Of a stretch of 64,000 bases of DNA, positions 30,134 to 43,750 are shown one piece after another. The DNA comes from Eledone cirrhosa (lineage: Eukaryota). The DNA is taken from positions 53,878,001-53,942,000 of the forward strand of contig OZ024744.1 in the NCBI GenBank assembly GCA_964016885.1. Direction: 5' to 3'. The translations under genes were made by a program, and so were the position numbers. The notes below the pieces were generated by a model that did not search any database, was not told the origin of the DNA, and was given only the letters and a program-made list of their open reading frames with translations. Within the stretch, counting starts at the first letter, position 1. Each line of letters begins with the position of its first letter.

Positions 30134-31605
30134 TATATAGTATATCTTTTTAAAGAAAACACCACAATGCAGATAAATATGAATATTAGCGGAATAGATC
30201 AGTCAGTTGTACCTTGGTGCAAAGGTTAACAATGGTTGTCTGGCACACAGCAAATGCATAGTTTGATTCCCACAGGTGTTTCTGTCTCTTATTTCCACAT
30301 ACAGTGGTACTCATTTATTCAAATATTGTTTATAGTTCTCTACTTTATGTCACTATTTGGCGATGACGCTGTATTTTGGACACCTTACGGGATATTATCG
30401 AAACTCGTCAAAGGGCGAAGGTATTCATGAGAGTCAATGGCCATCCAATAAACCCTCTATTCATCTTTGTTAGCCCTTCACACAGCACCTTACATCTTGG
30501 GGTGTTGTACCGGATGTGTTTAAGTTCATTGACAATAAAGCATGATGATTCTTATTCAAGTGTTCCTATAGCATAACCATGCACTGTTCCATGCTACGAA
30601 AGATAGAAAAGTTGTGGCTGGTCATACACAAGCCTTCTCCATATTATATACATCATCAGTAGGTTAGACAATACGTTTAGTAACCAGTTCCTCACAGCAT
30701 CAAACAACAACAGGCCCATAAAGAATAAATGACAAGAGGACAGGTAAAAGATGTTAGTGGAAGTCTCTAGTAGGTACTCTACATCGTTTCGAACTTTGAG
30801 TGATGGCCGTTCTACTACAGCCTATGAGAACTTGTGTTGTCTGAATCCTCAAATGTTGACAAAGTAAGTGGTTTTAGACATAGTACTGCTTCCACCCTAT
30901 CTGAAGAGGGAGTGAGAAAGGCAGAGTTATACATTGCTTACTTACTTCACAAACTTGGCAGCCAGCTACATCTGTCTGGTTCTCTAGTATCTCTCCTAGG
31001 AATATACGAGACTTTAGTGACACGTCAGAGATAGCTATCTACCAGGAGACTAAGCTATACTACTGGACACTAAACAACCGCAATATATGATTAAGTTATA
31101 TTTGTATATCCCGGAGAGGAGATGGGCTCCACCTGGTTTTAAATACTGCCCTAGTAATGTCATATGTTAATACGGCACCCATATGCCCCTCTCGGGAGTT
31201 ACGGGATCCTATCCTACACATATCTGTATATATACAGTTTAAAGGTAACTGTCACTGAGTAAATGTACCAAATATATGGTTTTCTCTGTAAATTGCATAA
31301 ATGATATATAACCTCACTCAGGATACTACTATAATTGGGTATATAACACCCTCTGATACGTATTTCCTTGTGGTTATTTAGATGGTGGTCTTGCTGTCTT
31401 ATGAGAGTCTAACTAAATCTAGATTAAATATATTTAACATTTATTTAATTGACATGAAACACATATACTTGGTATGTTTACATACCAAGATACTAAAAAT
31501 ATATAAATGTATATACCACATTTACTTAATCTCAGTTTATTCTATACTTTATATCTCATATAGTATTGTATCATAACTATACATTTATGTTTTTATTTTT
31601 AAGAT

Positions 31606-31942
31606 ATGGAAAAGTTATTTCAATGTACGTGCATGAATCAAAGAAAAATAATGTTTATATTCATATGTCTAATGCTGGCAATAGCTAGAACCGAATATTT
31701 GACTCAGAAATTTATCAAGTTACCAGGTGGTAAAAATATAGTACTTGATAGTGGAGCTGAACATGTGCTTCCACCAGTAAGCGCTCCGAGTCGGATAGTT
31801 TGTACACAATATTGTGCATCTCTAGTGGATTGCAGTTTTTTTACATTTCACGATAAACAGTGTGAAGTATTTCATGATTGGAAAGATAAAATAACTGTAG
31901 AGGACACCACCACACCATCGACATACTATAAAGAATATAAGG
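31606..31942 (+). CDS. Coding exon 1 of a secreted PAN/apple-like domain protein
   Basis: Acceptor TTTTTATTTTTAAG ends at 31603; hydrophobic signal IMFIFICLMLAIA; C-x3-C-x5-C-x9-C pattern (CTQYCASLVDCSFFTFHDKQC); donor G|GTAAGT at 31943, phase 1. The true start could be M1, M11 or M17. Confidence 0.82.
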
Positions 31943-31987
31943 GTAAGTTACTTTACTATTGATATCTCATCAATATTATTATTATAA

Positions 31988-32424
31988 GGGCGGTGAATTG
32001 GTAGTATCGGTAGAGTGCCAGACACGATGCTTTGCAGCATAGAGTTACGGATCTTTACGGTCTGAGTTCAAATCCCGCCGAGGTCAACTTTGACTTTCAT
32101 CCTTACGAGGTCGATAAAATAAAGCATCAGCTATGCACTTGATGGTTTGAAGTCAAGTGCTGCATGGCGAGAATAAAAATCATTTCTGCGAAGACAGAGG
32201 CACTCTTCCTCACGAGAAATCCTAGGCAGTGAACTGAAACGAATCCCATTCAATATAATCGCGAATATAAGCGGCCGAAATTGGGTTTCTCCGAAGCGAA
32301 TGCTTCAAGAACATCATCTTTGTTCGTTCCCTTGTCGTTTCAATTTGGATTTCCCACAGAATCGCGTGGCAACTGTCGTCATGGTAAACAATATGTATCA
32401 CAGCCTTATCAATAAAGGACTTTA
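31988..32424 (+). mobile_element. Composite SINE (tRNA-SINE head plus about 290-bp extension), copy A
   Basis: SINE head up to GGTCGATAAAATAAAG, then a segment found only in the inverted copy at 43751-44188. Confidence 0.85.
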
Positions 32425-32664
32425 GAGCCACATTTTGAAATTATATTTGCAATTTACGCCAACAGTGAAAGCGAGAAACTGCAGGAAAAAGAAAACATGC
32501 GACATTTTGTCGACAACAACTAGAAAACAAGAGAGAATAAGCCCATTGTCACCACCTCCGCCACCACAACCACCAACTCAAATACAGAGACCAACACAAA
32601 ACAACAACAACAACAGTGGCAGCAGCAACAAAAGCAACATCAATCTAATTTACATAAAAGTTGT

Positions 32665-32945
32665 CAAAATTCATACATGCTGCGACACGTTGTCGAGCGG
32701 CAAACTGGCGCGTTCGGCTACCCACCAGGCTGAAGAGGGCAAACTGTCCAGGTATCGGCCACTCTCAAATAGGTTTGTAGTTGATCCTGTAGCAGTGGGG
32801 ACTTCCAGCGTTCTTGGCCCCCAGACCACACCCCTGTTCACTGCTCTGCGAGTTGAGTGGCTGTTCCAGCGCGTCTCTTTCAGGGTCCCCAGGGGCAATA
32901 TATTCTCCATATTGTCGCATGGAACCATGAGGTATAGGGTAAGAT
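32665..32945 (+). mobile_element. CRE-like non-LTR element, 3' RLE fragment
   Basis: TCCDTL, AEEGKLSRY, PVAVGT, LFQRVS..RGN match the CRE-clade RLE C-terminus (DT..AE..K..KY..P.AVET..QR.S..QRGN). Confidence 0.7.
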
Positions 32946-32949
32946 AGTT

Positions 32950-35720
32950 GGAGGTGGAGGATACTCATTCTGATGTCACATATATATACATTCACAAATG
33001 AATGCAGATTTATCAAAGACGTATAGTGACCCGGCGTGTGACCCCTTCCAATAAAATACAACACAGAGGATCTCTCAAAATCAGTCGTTACCTTAACAAG
33101 TGCAACAAAAAACAAAACGGAAACAATAACTGTCAACGAATATAAGATAAGGGAAGCTAAGCAGGTGTTAACGAGAAGTCGCATAATCAGGCTCACATCT
33201 CCATCTGATGAGCTGGAAAATGCAAGATGTTGTACACTTACATACGGTTAATTTTGACTGAAGTAACCCTAGATGGAACGCACCACTGAGTCTCAGATCC
33301 AAAAGGTTTTCAATTGCATAAAACTCTTCGCTCGAGGCCGGAGATTTGGGACGGTAGACGTATTTTTGAAAACTCAAGAGGAAGCCAGACAACACTCCCT
33401 GGTACCACTGAGGAGTGAAGAACTGTCTCTGTCACCGACGTAAATATCAGAATGAACCAGGTACCGCACATAATAGCTATTCCATGGCTAGTGGCAGCTG
33501 TCCACATGGACGTTGAGGATAGCACACACATTATAGAAGTGAAAATAAATCAAACTGGTCAGGATCGGGGATGGATCTACTTTTTCAAATGAATCAAGAA
33601 AATACTGAAGCCAAACTCGATATAATAGACAACGTGGACGGAACCCACCTCCGCCTGACCGTTGTGGACAGAAGTCCAAAGTGCACACACGTGATTCAAA
33701 AACCCACTTCAAGACTTTCTGCCCATAACAGGCAACGAAGGAAACAAAGACACCACCGCCACGCAGCATTCTAAATCAATATTTCAAGAGAAAGTCATCA
33801 AAACAACCGGTGGCCACAATCAGCTCACCAACATCTACACCAACACCAACACTAAAAATAACAACACGAGGAAGAACAGAACATGCTAAAAATCACAACT
33901 GTCCGAGCTGCTCTCAGAGTGACGAAACCGTCCAGCATGCAATCGTCCAGTACCCATGTATTGCTGACATGTAGATTTACATCGAACACCTACTGTTACG
34001 GGACGTAACCGGCTATCAGATGAGTCCACTGTGAAGATTGACCCACCGCCTTCCTTTATCCGAGAAAAATATGCAGCATCAACAGTACCAACAACAACAA
34101 CTGTACCTATAACAATAATAACAACAGCTGAAACATCAACAACAAAAGCAGTTGAGATAACAACAGCGCTATCAGCACCACAATTGACACAACAACATAT
34201 ATCACAAGCACCAGCATCGTCATCCAGCCTCCGCAACAACAGTAAATACTAAGCCAACAAATTATAGAGTCATAAACACAAGGCTACCTATTCAACGACC
34301 CCAGGTCACTGAATATAAGTGTGGTGACCATAAATGACACCAAATTTCCGCCGCTTGAGCCTTCGCACTCATTTATGGGTGCTGCAAGGTGTACGCATCT
34401 CCAAGCCGTTCAGAATCTGGAGGATAAGTCACTTGTTGTTTCGGAAAGGCTTGGATCTCACAAAAAGGACAAACTACCAGGACCCAGAAGGGAAGATGGT
34501 GGTACTGAATGTGACCAGCAGTGAACGGTATGCCTTTAAGCTTGTAGCTGTCTATACCCCGACAGGGGCTGAATAGCTAGATTTCTCCAGGCTCTGGGAG
34601 AAATCTCGGAACTTCTTTCTCTTTAGTGTTAGTGAGCGATTGGAACGGTATCTTAGACACACCCTGGGACTGTGATGATGTAGCAGAAAGGAGTGTAAAA
34701 GCCTCGAGCGGGTACCGAATGGATTTCTTGAATATGCCAATGTTGCCATGGACACAGCACATCAGGTCATCCAGATCATATCTAGATAGGGTATTCTGCA
34801 GGGAATTAGATAAGTCTGGTATTGGCTGTCCACAATTGAAAGTAGTTGACTACATAGACCACAAATATATACCGGCGAGCAAAGCCCACAAATATTGGCG
34901 AATTGATTAAGAAGACTTTCACAACAAATGGTGGTTTGCCCTAAAAAGGGCGATTAGTGTACAATCGATTAGGTTTAGTAAAGGAGAAGCGACTGCGGAA
35001 ACTAGACTAGAGGGTGAGCTAGTTAAAAAACTAGAAGAAGCGTTAAGGAAATGTGACAAAACTCACGTGCTATTAACGAGATTACCTCCTGAACAATCTT
35101 TCAATGCAATGGCATCAAGACATCGCTAACAAGGACATGGGCTCTTAGACAGGACAGGACGAAAGTCATTCAATAGACTCGAGCAGCAGAGGCACAAGGT
35201 AGCAAAAGAGCCAGAATGCGGTGTTTGGAAGAACATGAGGGTCGCATGGTACTCCATCCCAAGTAGCTTTGTGCAGATTTTCAGCAACACTGTTCGGGAG
35301 CCGTGGTGGGCTGGATCACAGAATGGACCTTGACAGCCTACCCGGCTTACGGCCATGGAGGCCAGACGGACTTGTCCACGATGCGCGCTGAGCAATGAAG
35401 CCGTTCTGTACACACTCGTCCAGTGTCCGAGCATTAATGTCTTCTGCAGTTTTGTCGAACAGCTATGTTCACATGTACACGGATCTGACTATCGATCGAT
35501 TCATCGCGAAGATCACCCCGCCGCCTTCTTATGGCCGAGAAGGACAGGAGGTTTTCCAATGGAGGAAAAGGTTTTCTCAATTTTTTGAAACACTTTTTGA
35601 TTGGACTATTAGTTTTACTGTTTATTGTATATTTTAATATACTGTTTTGTTGCTAAATCGACCAGAATCTCAAGGAATTTATCAGCTTTTTTCCTTTTCT
35701 AGCCATACGAGATAGTAATG
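32950..35720 (+). mobile_element. Decayed L1/Tx1-clade LINE with most of the RT deleted
   Basis: APE endonuclease motifs LVAVY.P, SDWN, SYLDRVF, DHK; C-terminal CPRC...LVQCPS, as in the element at 63285-64000. Boundaries approximate. Confidence 0.7.
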
Positions 35721-35929
35721 TATTTTTACTCTTTATGATGTATATGTTTTTCTGTTTTGGTTGAAATGTATAAAACAGCACTATGACTACATCACATGCA
35801 AAATTAAAATATTTGATACTACAAATTTTCAGAACAATATGTCCTCTAGTAAAGATAGCATAAACATTTGAATTAACGACTTTTTGTACATAATTATTTC
35901 AATGTTCTGAAAGTTAAAACGGAATAGGT

Positions 35930-36105
35930 GGGGGTTTTCTGGCAGTCAATTAATTAAGATTAGAAGTGGTTCCTCCGTGAACATCCACACAGTTTCTGTC
36001 TTCACAATTTCCCTCACAATATTAGGGTTGATTTGATGTTTTCGTAGAAGGTATTTCCCGACATTATTGCAATGTGAGATCAAACTAAAAGCTATGTGAT
36101 GGCGA
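35930..36105 (-). mobile_element. Old SINE remnant
   Basis: Degenerate CAGTTTC.GTCT..CAATTTC.CTCACAA...GTAGAAG pattern resembling a second octopus SINE family as I recall it; no database check. Confidence 0.4.
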
Positions 36106-36246
36106 CAGCTATCAAAAAGGATCTAATAAGCATGTTGCAAGGTTTCTAATTAATCAATTTAATGTTTTTACTTTAACAATTGAAAAATATGAATATCAAT
36201 TATACTTAATAAATAAATACATTTTCCATGACAATTTTTTATACAG

Positions 36247-36422
36247 GTTGGTATAGAACATTTTTGTTGAAATCATATACTTTTGTTATCTTCGGATTTG
36301 CCTACAAAGCAACGGTAGATCGATATCACTATATTGGAAACTCGAGCTGTGAGAAGGAGACATGTTCACATTTTTATCGAAGTTCCCTACTGGATTTTTG
36401 GGAGAAACTACCTATAGTAGAG
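36247..36422 (+). CDS. Coding exon 2 of the PAN-domain gene
   Basis: Acceptor TTTTTTATACAG; phase 1 matches exon 1 (G+GT = Gly); WYRTF...CEKETCSHFYRSSLLDFWEKLPIVE; donor GAG|GTAAGG, phase 0. Confidence 0.8.
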
Positions 36423-36714
36423 GTAAGGTTTATGTATATATATATATATATATATATATTTATTTATTTATTTATCTTTTCCATAACTTTGACTAACAAC
36501 ACATCATTTATCTCATATATTTTCCGTTTTCTTTCTTTTCTTACTCTCTTCTCTCTCTCTTCCTACATAAATATAACACGTAATAACACACACATACACC
36601 CCCCCCCCCCCCCACACACACACACATATATATATATATAATAGCTACACCGTATTTGACGAAATAAAGTGTCTGTTGGGATTTTTTTAAAAATCTCTGA
36701 ATGGAAAAAAAGGA

Positions 36715-36800
36715 TGAGCACTAACGTACATGGGACACGAACCCACATCCTTGGTCTGCCTGGCAAATGTTAACCAAGTGTTAACCATTCCACCCACACT
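36715..36800 (-). mobile_element. tRNA-like SINE head or tRNA pseudogene
   Basis: Minus strand TGGAATGGTTAACAC (A box) ... GGGTTCGTGTCCC (B box); internal duplication of GGTTAACA breaks the cloverleaf. Confidence 0.45.
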
Positions 36801-36965
36801 TTAATCCATTCAATTTAAAGCTATGATCATATATATATATATTTATTTGGTTCATTTACCCGTTTCGCACTTCGTCTGCTTTTCAAAAGTAGAGTTGAGA
36901 TGGAGGGTGTGTGGCTTTTCTCACGTATATATATAAATATATAGCGGTTTCGCAGTTCTTCTGCT

Positions 36966-37155
<190 letters not shown>

Positions 37156-37282
37156 TTTTGTTACCAATATTAAGTTCTCCACGCTCTTGTATATCTCCAA
37201 TTCCATTCATATGAGAGAATAAACTCTGTGAGTGAACATTGCTAATTTTCTCCCTCATATCAAGAATTTGAAGACAATTCAT

Positions 37283-37358
37283 TTTCACCTGACGAGTTCA
37301 ATGATAATCGATCATGGCTTCACGATCGATCTATCTCTTATTGAAACATGTGTCGTGA
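37283..37358 (+). ncRNA. Hammerhead ribozyme motif in intron 2, sense to the host gene
   Basis: UCAC-CUGACGA-stem II containing AUCGAUC/GAUCGAU-GAAAC-AUGU-GUC-GUGA; base of stem II imperfect. Confidence 0.65.
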
Positions 37359-37573
37359 TTAAAATGATTGGAAATTTTACCTTGCCTTCGGATTTCCATT
37401 TTGATATATATATATATATATATATATATATCGTTTCTGAATTTGTTTAGCAAGGTTTCTTTATCTGAAAACGTGTGTAGAAACCGATATTGTTAATTTA
37501 ATTTATAATAAATTGGAGTGAAAGCAACTGGGGTGTGTGTTTCTTATTGGTAAACATGACCCTCCCAAAGTAT

Positions 37574-37651
<78 letters not shown>

Positions 37652-37653
<2 letters not shown>

Positions 37654-38251
37654 TATTGACTTATATTCATCATGCAGAAACGACATCTGAATATTTCTAC
37701 CAAGAACATACTCGTACCAAGCAGGAAAACATACCTCAAACGAACCAAACTATTGTCTTTCTGTCTTCCTCCGGTTGCAACGTTTTTTGAAATATTCACT
37801 TCTGCGTTTACAGATTGACTTTGTTAGTTTCAGAAGATCCCGTTAAGGGTGAAAGCAGCGATTCTTTGCTTAAACTTTAATCTGTTATTTTAATAAATAT
37901 TTGCTCTACGGTTCTTATATATTTGATATATATTTATCCTTTTCGAGCCCTCTTTGGATTTTAGTCTTCAAATTTATTATTATTACTATTTGGCTCCGTC
38001 GGTTGAGCACTCTATTGACTTATATTCATCATGCAGAAACAACATCTGAATATTTCTACAAAGAACATACCCGTACCAAGCAGGGAAATATATCTAAAAC
38101 GAACCAAAGTATCGTCTCCGTCTTCGTCCGGTTGCAACGTTTTTTGAAATATTCACTTCTACGTTCACAGATAGACTTTGTTAGTTTCAGAAGATCCCGT
38201 TAAGGGTGAAACAGCAATTCTTTCCTTAAATTTCAATCTGTTATTTTAATA
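37652..38251. repeat. Two diverged direct copies of a about 240-bp unit (pLTR-like); third partial inverted copy at about 28775-28855
   Basis: TCTATTGACTTATATTCATCATGCAGAAAC...TTTCAGAAGATCCCGTTAAGGGTGAAA...CTGTTATTTTAATA at 37652 and 38012. Confidence 0.85.
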
Positions 38252-38269
38252 TATATATACATGGATTTG

Positions 38270-41200
38270 TATGATTGTGTATAGAGGATTATATTAATAA
38301 AAGGAATTCCAACTTTGTCCGATTACTCGTTTTATTTACAATATTTTAAAATTTATAATGGTATTAGAATGAAATAGTATGGTAGAATATTAAATGTTAA
38401 GTGTTAATTGAACAAGTACTTTCATGCTTTCGCAATCTTCAGGTTCCTATTCTGTGGTGACAGTCAAGTTTGCAATTTTCAACTGTAATGAGGTGGGTAA
38501 ATTTTGTGCCGTATATACATTGAAAAACGACTGCAGAATGCTAAATTTTGCAAACTGTATTTCGACCAATCGGTATGTAGTTTCACTGGATCACCAAAGC
38601 TGATTGGTTTAGGCGTCACGGTTGGTTGACCATGTCTAACGACTTCTATTTGACCCTATCCAAAGCATCAATTGTTTTGATGTTTTTAGAAATGATGAAA
38701 ATAGCATTTTCTAGTAATCATCACCATCAACATCACTTTTATTATTATTATTGTTCATTTAGCTTGGGTTGGAATTTATCCATAAAATTCTTTTCTTTGA
38801 TTTTTCTCTTAATTTCACTTGGGCTGTGTAATTTGTAGAATGGAAATATTATAAATATTTTCGGACCACATGTTGCTAGATGGTTACTCAGGGGTATCTA
38901 ACGGACATTTGGGTCTCTGATTTGCTGTCGGTGCACCGGTGCACGTTCCTATAGTGAATTTCCAGTTTGACCGACATATAGTTCTTCACAATTCGGGCAT
39001 TTAATGCAGTAAATTAGATTTCTGCTTTTGCAGTTCATATTTACATTTGGGAATATTTTTCCAGTTTTTGTGTTCATATATTGACCGGTGTGTATGGATT
39101 GACATGTGCCACATCGCATTTAAATACAGTGAATGATTGGTCTTTGTTGTTAAGGTCAAACTTTGCTTTTGTTAGTAATTGCTTCAAATCTTTCGGCTGT
39201 CTTTTACTAAGAGTCAAAGATCGGTCTGTGATTAAGCCTTTTAATTCATTACTTTGAGCAATGATCGGTAGGTTTGCTTTAGCAGTGTTGAAGATATTCT
39301 GGTGACATGGGTTGTGTGTCATTATAAATGGTATGACCAGTTCTTGGTTTCTTCTTCCTTGGGTTGTCCTAAGTTATTGTATAGGTATTTTTATAGCCCG
39401 CTGTATGCCATTTTCTATAAGTAGAGATGGGTATTTTTGTTTGAGCAAAAATTCTCTCAGTTCTGTTAGGCGTTTGTTCCTGGTATTCGTATCTTCTACA
39501 ATGGTACAAATTCTTCTGGCTAGGCAATATGGGATGTTGCGTTTTGTATGAGGTGGATGGCAGGACTTAAAATTCAGATATTGATGGGTGTCTGTGTGTT
39601 TATAATATATATCCGTGGTAATGGTGGTGTCGTTTTTTATTACCATTATATCTAGGGATGGTAATTTTGTACTACTCATCTCTTTTGTGAATTGGAGAGA
39701 TGGGTGTAGGTTATTCAGGAGGATATTAAACTCATCCAGAGTATCTAGAGATTCTGTCCAGATGATGAAACAGTTGTCAAGGTATCTGTTCCAAGATTTT
39801 TCAATGTACTTTCTAAAGTCAGTGCTATATTTTTCCTCTATTTCTTGGTAGAGTTGTTGTTCTAAGTATCCCATTACAGAGTTCGCGTAAACGGGAGCAA
39901 ACATCGTTCCCATCGCTGTGCCTCTAATTTGGATGTAATTTTTTCCATTGAAGAAGAAAGTGTTGTTTTCCAGAATAAGTTTGACTGCGTCTAATATAAA
40001 TGACGCTGTGAATCTGGTGGGAATCACTTCTCTATGTTTTCCACCCACTACTTAACCGCCTTTATTCCTAAATCATGTGTAATGTTGGTGTAAATGCTTA
40101 CCAAATCAAAACTAAGTAGAAGTCAATTCGTTTCCGTGGTTTTGGGAAGTTGGGACATGAAGTCGATATCATCCCGGATGAAACTGGGTATGTGAATACA
40201 TAGTGGTTTCAAAATAATGTCAACAAAATTGCTTAGACGCTCGGTAGGGCACGTTTGACCAGCTATAATAGGTCTAAGTTTCAAGTCTTTTGAGTGTAGT
40301 AATTTAATGTACTCACTGTTTTGTTCTTTTACTGCCAGTTGTATTTCTTTTGACTTATAAACTTTCGGTAGGCCATACAGGTTGCTGGGTTTTGGCTCAA
40401 AATTGGTGATGTAGTCTCTTTCCTTATCAGTAAGTGAGTTGTGGTATTTTGAAGCCAGGTTATTGATCTTCTTCATGATGTTGTGGTCTATATTTGATGG
40501 TATTTCATGATAGAATGTTGTGTCTTTCAGTTGTTCCCAAACAAATCCTTGTAGTATTCAGCATCCATTATAACAACTGCACCCCCTTTATCTGCTTGTT
40601 TAATTATTATTGTTTTATAATTTTGTATACGTTTAAGTGCAGATATTTCTGATTTGTTAATGTTTGGCCTAACATTAGTATTACGTCTAAGAGGAAATTT
40701 AGACAGGATATCAATGTATTGGTTGAGATAGATATTTCTTCCTTTTGGCGGAGTGAAATTTGATTTATTCTTTACTAGTGATTCTTCATTCTCATTACTT
40801 TTATCAGCGAAGAATTCTACAAGTCGTAATTTTCGACAGAATTCTTGGGTATCCTCCTTCAGTTCTTGGTGGTTGACTGTTGGAGTCGGTGTGAATTTCC
40901 CTCCTTTGACAGAATTTGCATTTCATCATTGTCAAGATCTCTTTTGGATAAATTAATTATTTTAGGATCTACGTGGACAGTTGTTTTGGGTATGTTTCCT
41001 CCTGGAGTTTTTTCTTTTTCCGGTTTTTGTTGTCCTGACGTTAAAAAATGGATTTTTCTCTGTTCAGGATTTATATTCCTGTTGGTGTTTGCTTGATGAA
41101 GTTTTGGTCGTGATATTATATTTAGTTTCGTTATGTTTTTTGTCCTATTTTTGGTATTATGTACATTATTTTTCCATTTCTTGTTAGCATTATTTTTAAC

Positions 41201-41530
41201 CATCTGGAGAAATGACCTAGGTTTGCTTTCAGGTTTAGATCGTTTTTTCGCCCAGTCTCTTGTGGGTAATCTCTGTTGAGATCTTGAGAGTGATCTGGTT
41301 ATTCTACGGTTTTTTTCCCCGTTCCTTGTGGGTAGTCTCTGTTGAGATCTTGAGAATGATCTCCTGGTTTTTCTACTTCTCATGGTCTGGTCAAAGTAAT
41401 ATCTATCGTGTTTGTGCTTTTTGTTCATTTTGTGTGCGTTAGGGTGTTTTTGTAGAAAAAGCGAAGAGTCCTTACGTAGTTCTATATATATATATATAGA
41501 ATTGGTGCTCTGAAATAGCGATATATGTAT
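38270..41530 (-). mobile_element. Near-complete but disrupted Penelope-like element (RT plus GIY-YIG)
   Basis: LYGLPKVYK, LRPIIAG, GTAMGT.FAP.YAN, RYLDN (catalytic DD changed to DN), YYKHTDTHQYL, NLIYCIKCPNCEELYVGQT; several stops and frameshifts. Confidence 0.93.
38410..38446 (-). ncRNA. Minimal type I hammerhead ribozyme at the PLE 3' end
   Basis: GAAC-CUGAAGA-UUGC GAAA GCAU-GAAA-GUAC-UU-GUUC; stem I GAAC/GUUC, palindromic stem III AGUACU. Confidence 0.75.
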
Positions 41531-41754
41531 ATGAATGTATATATAGTGAATTTTGCAATACACTGTATGCTTAATTAAAATAATTTTGAAGACCATACGC
41601 TACTGTTTTAAAATAGTGACAATGGCACTTATTTAAATTTTCGAAAATTCAAATAAGTGACATTGTCACTATTTTAAAACAATAGCGTATTGTCTTCAAA
41701 ATGCTTTTAATTAAGCATACAGTGTATTGCAAAATACACTATATATACATTCAT
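41531..41754. repeat. Spacerless palindrome, 112-bp arms with scattered mismatches
   Basis: Centre TTTTC|GAAAA at 41642/41643; TTTTGCAATACACTGTATGCTTAATTAAAA is mirrored. Confidence 0.93.
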
Positions 41755-41758
41755 GTAT

Positions 41759-41821
<63 letters not shown>

Positions 41822-42201
41822 AAATTAAGATAAATCAAATGAATTTAATCTAAATCAAAATTATGGGTGTCATGCCAGAAAGACATGTGCCATATCACCC
41901 GGAAAATAAGCTCTAAGATTCTAACGAGTAGGTCCGAGCATTTTATAATAACTAGAAATTGATTAACATATAAATAAACATGAATAATCACAGGAGATAA
42001 TTTTTACAAATGTGTAACCACACATAGCTAAGTAGGTAACTAAATAAAGTTGACCAGAACTTCAAAAATAGATACCTTATAATATGATTAATCTTCCCTG
42101 TATATATTGCATTAAAGAAATATATTTCACCAATTAATCGGATGGTAAACCACGGAAGTGGAGATTTGGATTTTCAACAAGGAAGAAGTTTCAGCGATCC
42201 G

Positions 42202-42236
<35 letters not shown>

Positions 42237-42240
<4 letters not shown>

Positions 42241-42356
42241 TTAATATAGATGAGATTCTACAGGACTAGAACTGTTTCATTCATTAGAAATCATCATGAT
42301 GATTTCTAATGAATGAAACAGTTCTAGTCCTGTAGAATCTCATCTATATTAAAACT
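42237..42356. repeat. Perfect spacerless palindrome, 60-bp arms
   Basis: Centre CATCA|TGATG at 42296/42297; arms are exact reverse complements. Confidence 0.96.
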
Positions 42357-42494
42357 GTTATACTCTGCTATGTATTGAGTACCTTACTTACTGTGGTTAC
42401 CTCCGATTCAACCCGGAATAACGTATATATATATATATATATATATATAGTGACGAAACATAAGTCAATTGCATGAACTCATAATCCTTTATTT

Positions 42495-42550
42495 ACTGGT
42501 ATATACATTTCGATGATAGCCATTGAATGGCTATGACCTCATCAGGCAGT
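42495..42550 (-). ncRNA. Hammerhead ribozyme motif
   Basis: ACUGC-CUGAUGA-GGUCAUAGCCAU/AUGGCUAUCAUC-GAAA-UGUAUA-UA-CCAGU; one mismatch at the base of stem I. Confidence 0.7.
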
Positions 42551-42647
42551 TAGTCAGTTCTTAGATATGCCAGCTCTGTGTTTAGGGGATATTCTATCCC
42601 CTATAAGTGTACACATACATCTTTGTGTACTTTTCTCAACATACTGT

Positions 42648-43540
<893 letters not shown>

Positions 43541-43602
43541 ACACACACACACACACATACACACACACACACATACACACACACTAGACACAAACACACA
43601 TA

Positions 43603-43638
<36 letters not shown>

Positions 43639-43750
43639 AATCCGTACGGTAAAGATTGATACAATTCAATTCATGGACTCAACGTACTTCTTCCACGTAG
43701 GAATGACGGAGTATATTTAGAATAAGAAAATGCGAAGTAGATTCAGATGT

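Noticed and set aside
30780-30869. Possible non-coding first exon ending at donor AAA|GTAAGT (30864)
   Set aside because: Plausible given the acceptor before the ATG, but one donor motif is not enough without transcript data.
34031-34252. Thr-rich ORF as an extra exon of the host gene
   Set aside because: Lies in the low-complexity part of the Tx1-like element, and exons 1 and 2 already join in frame.
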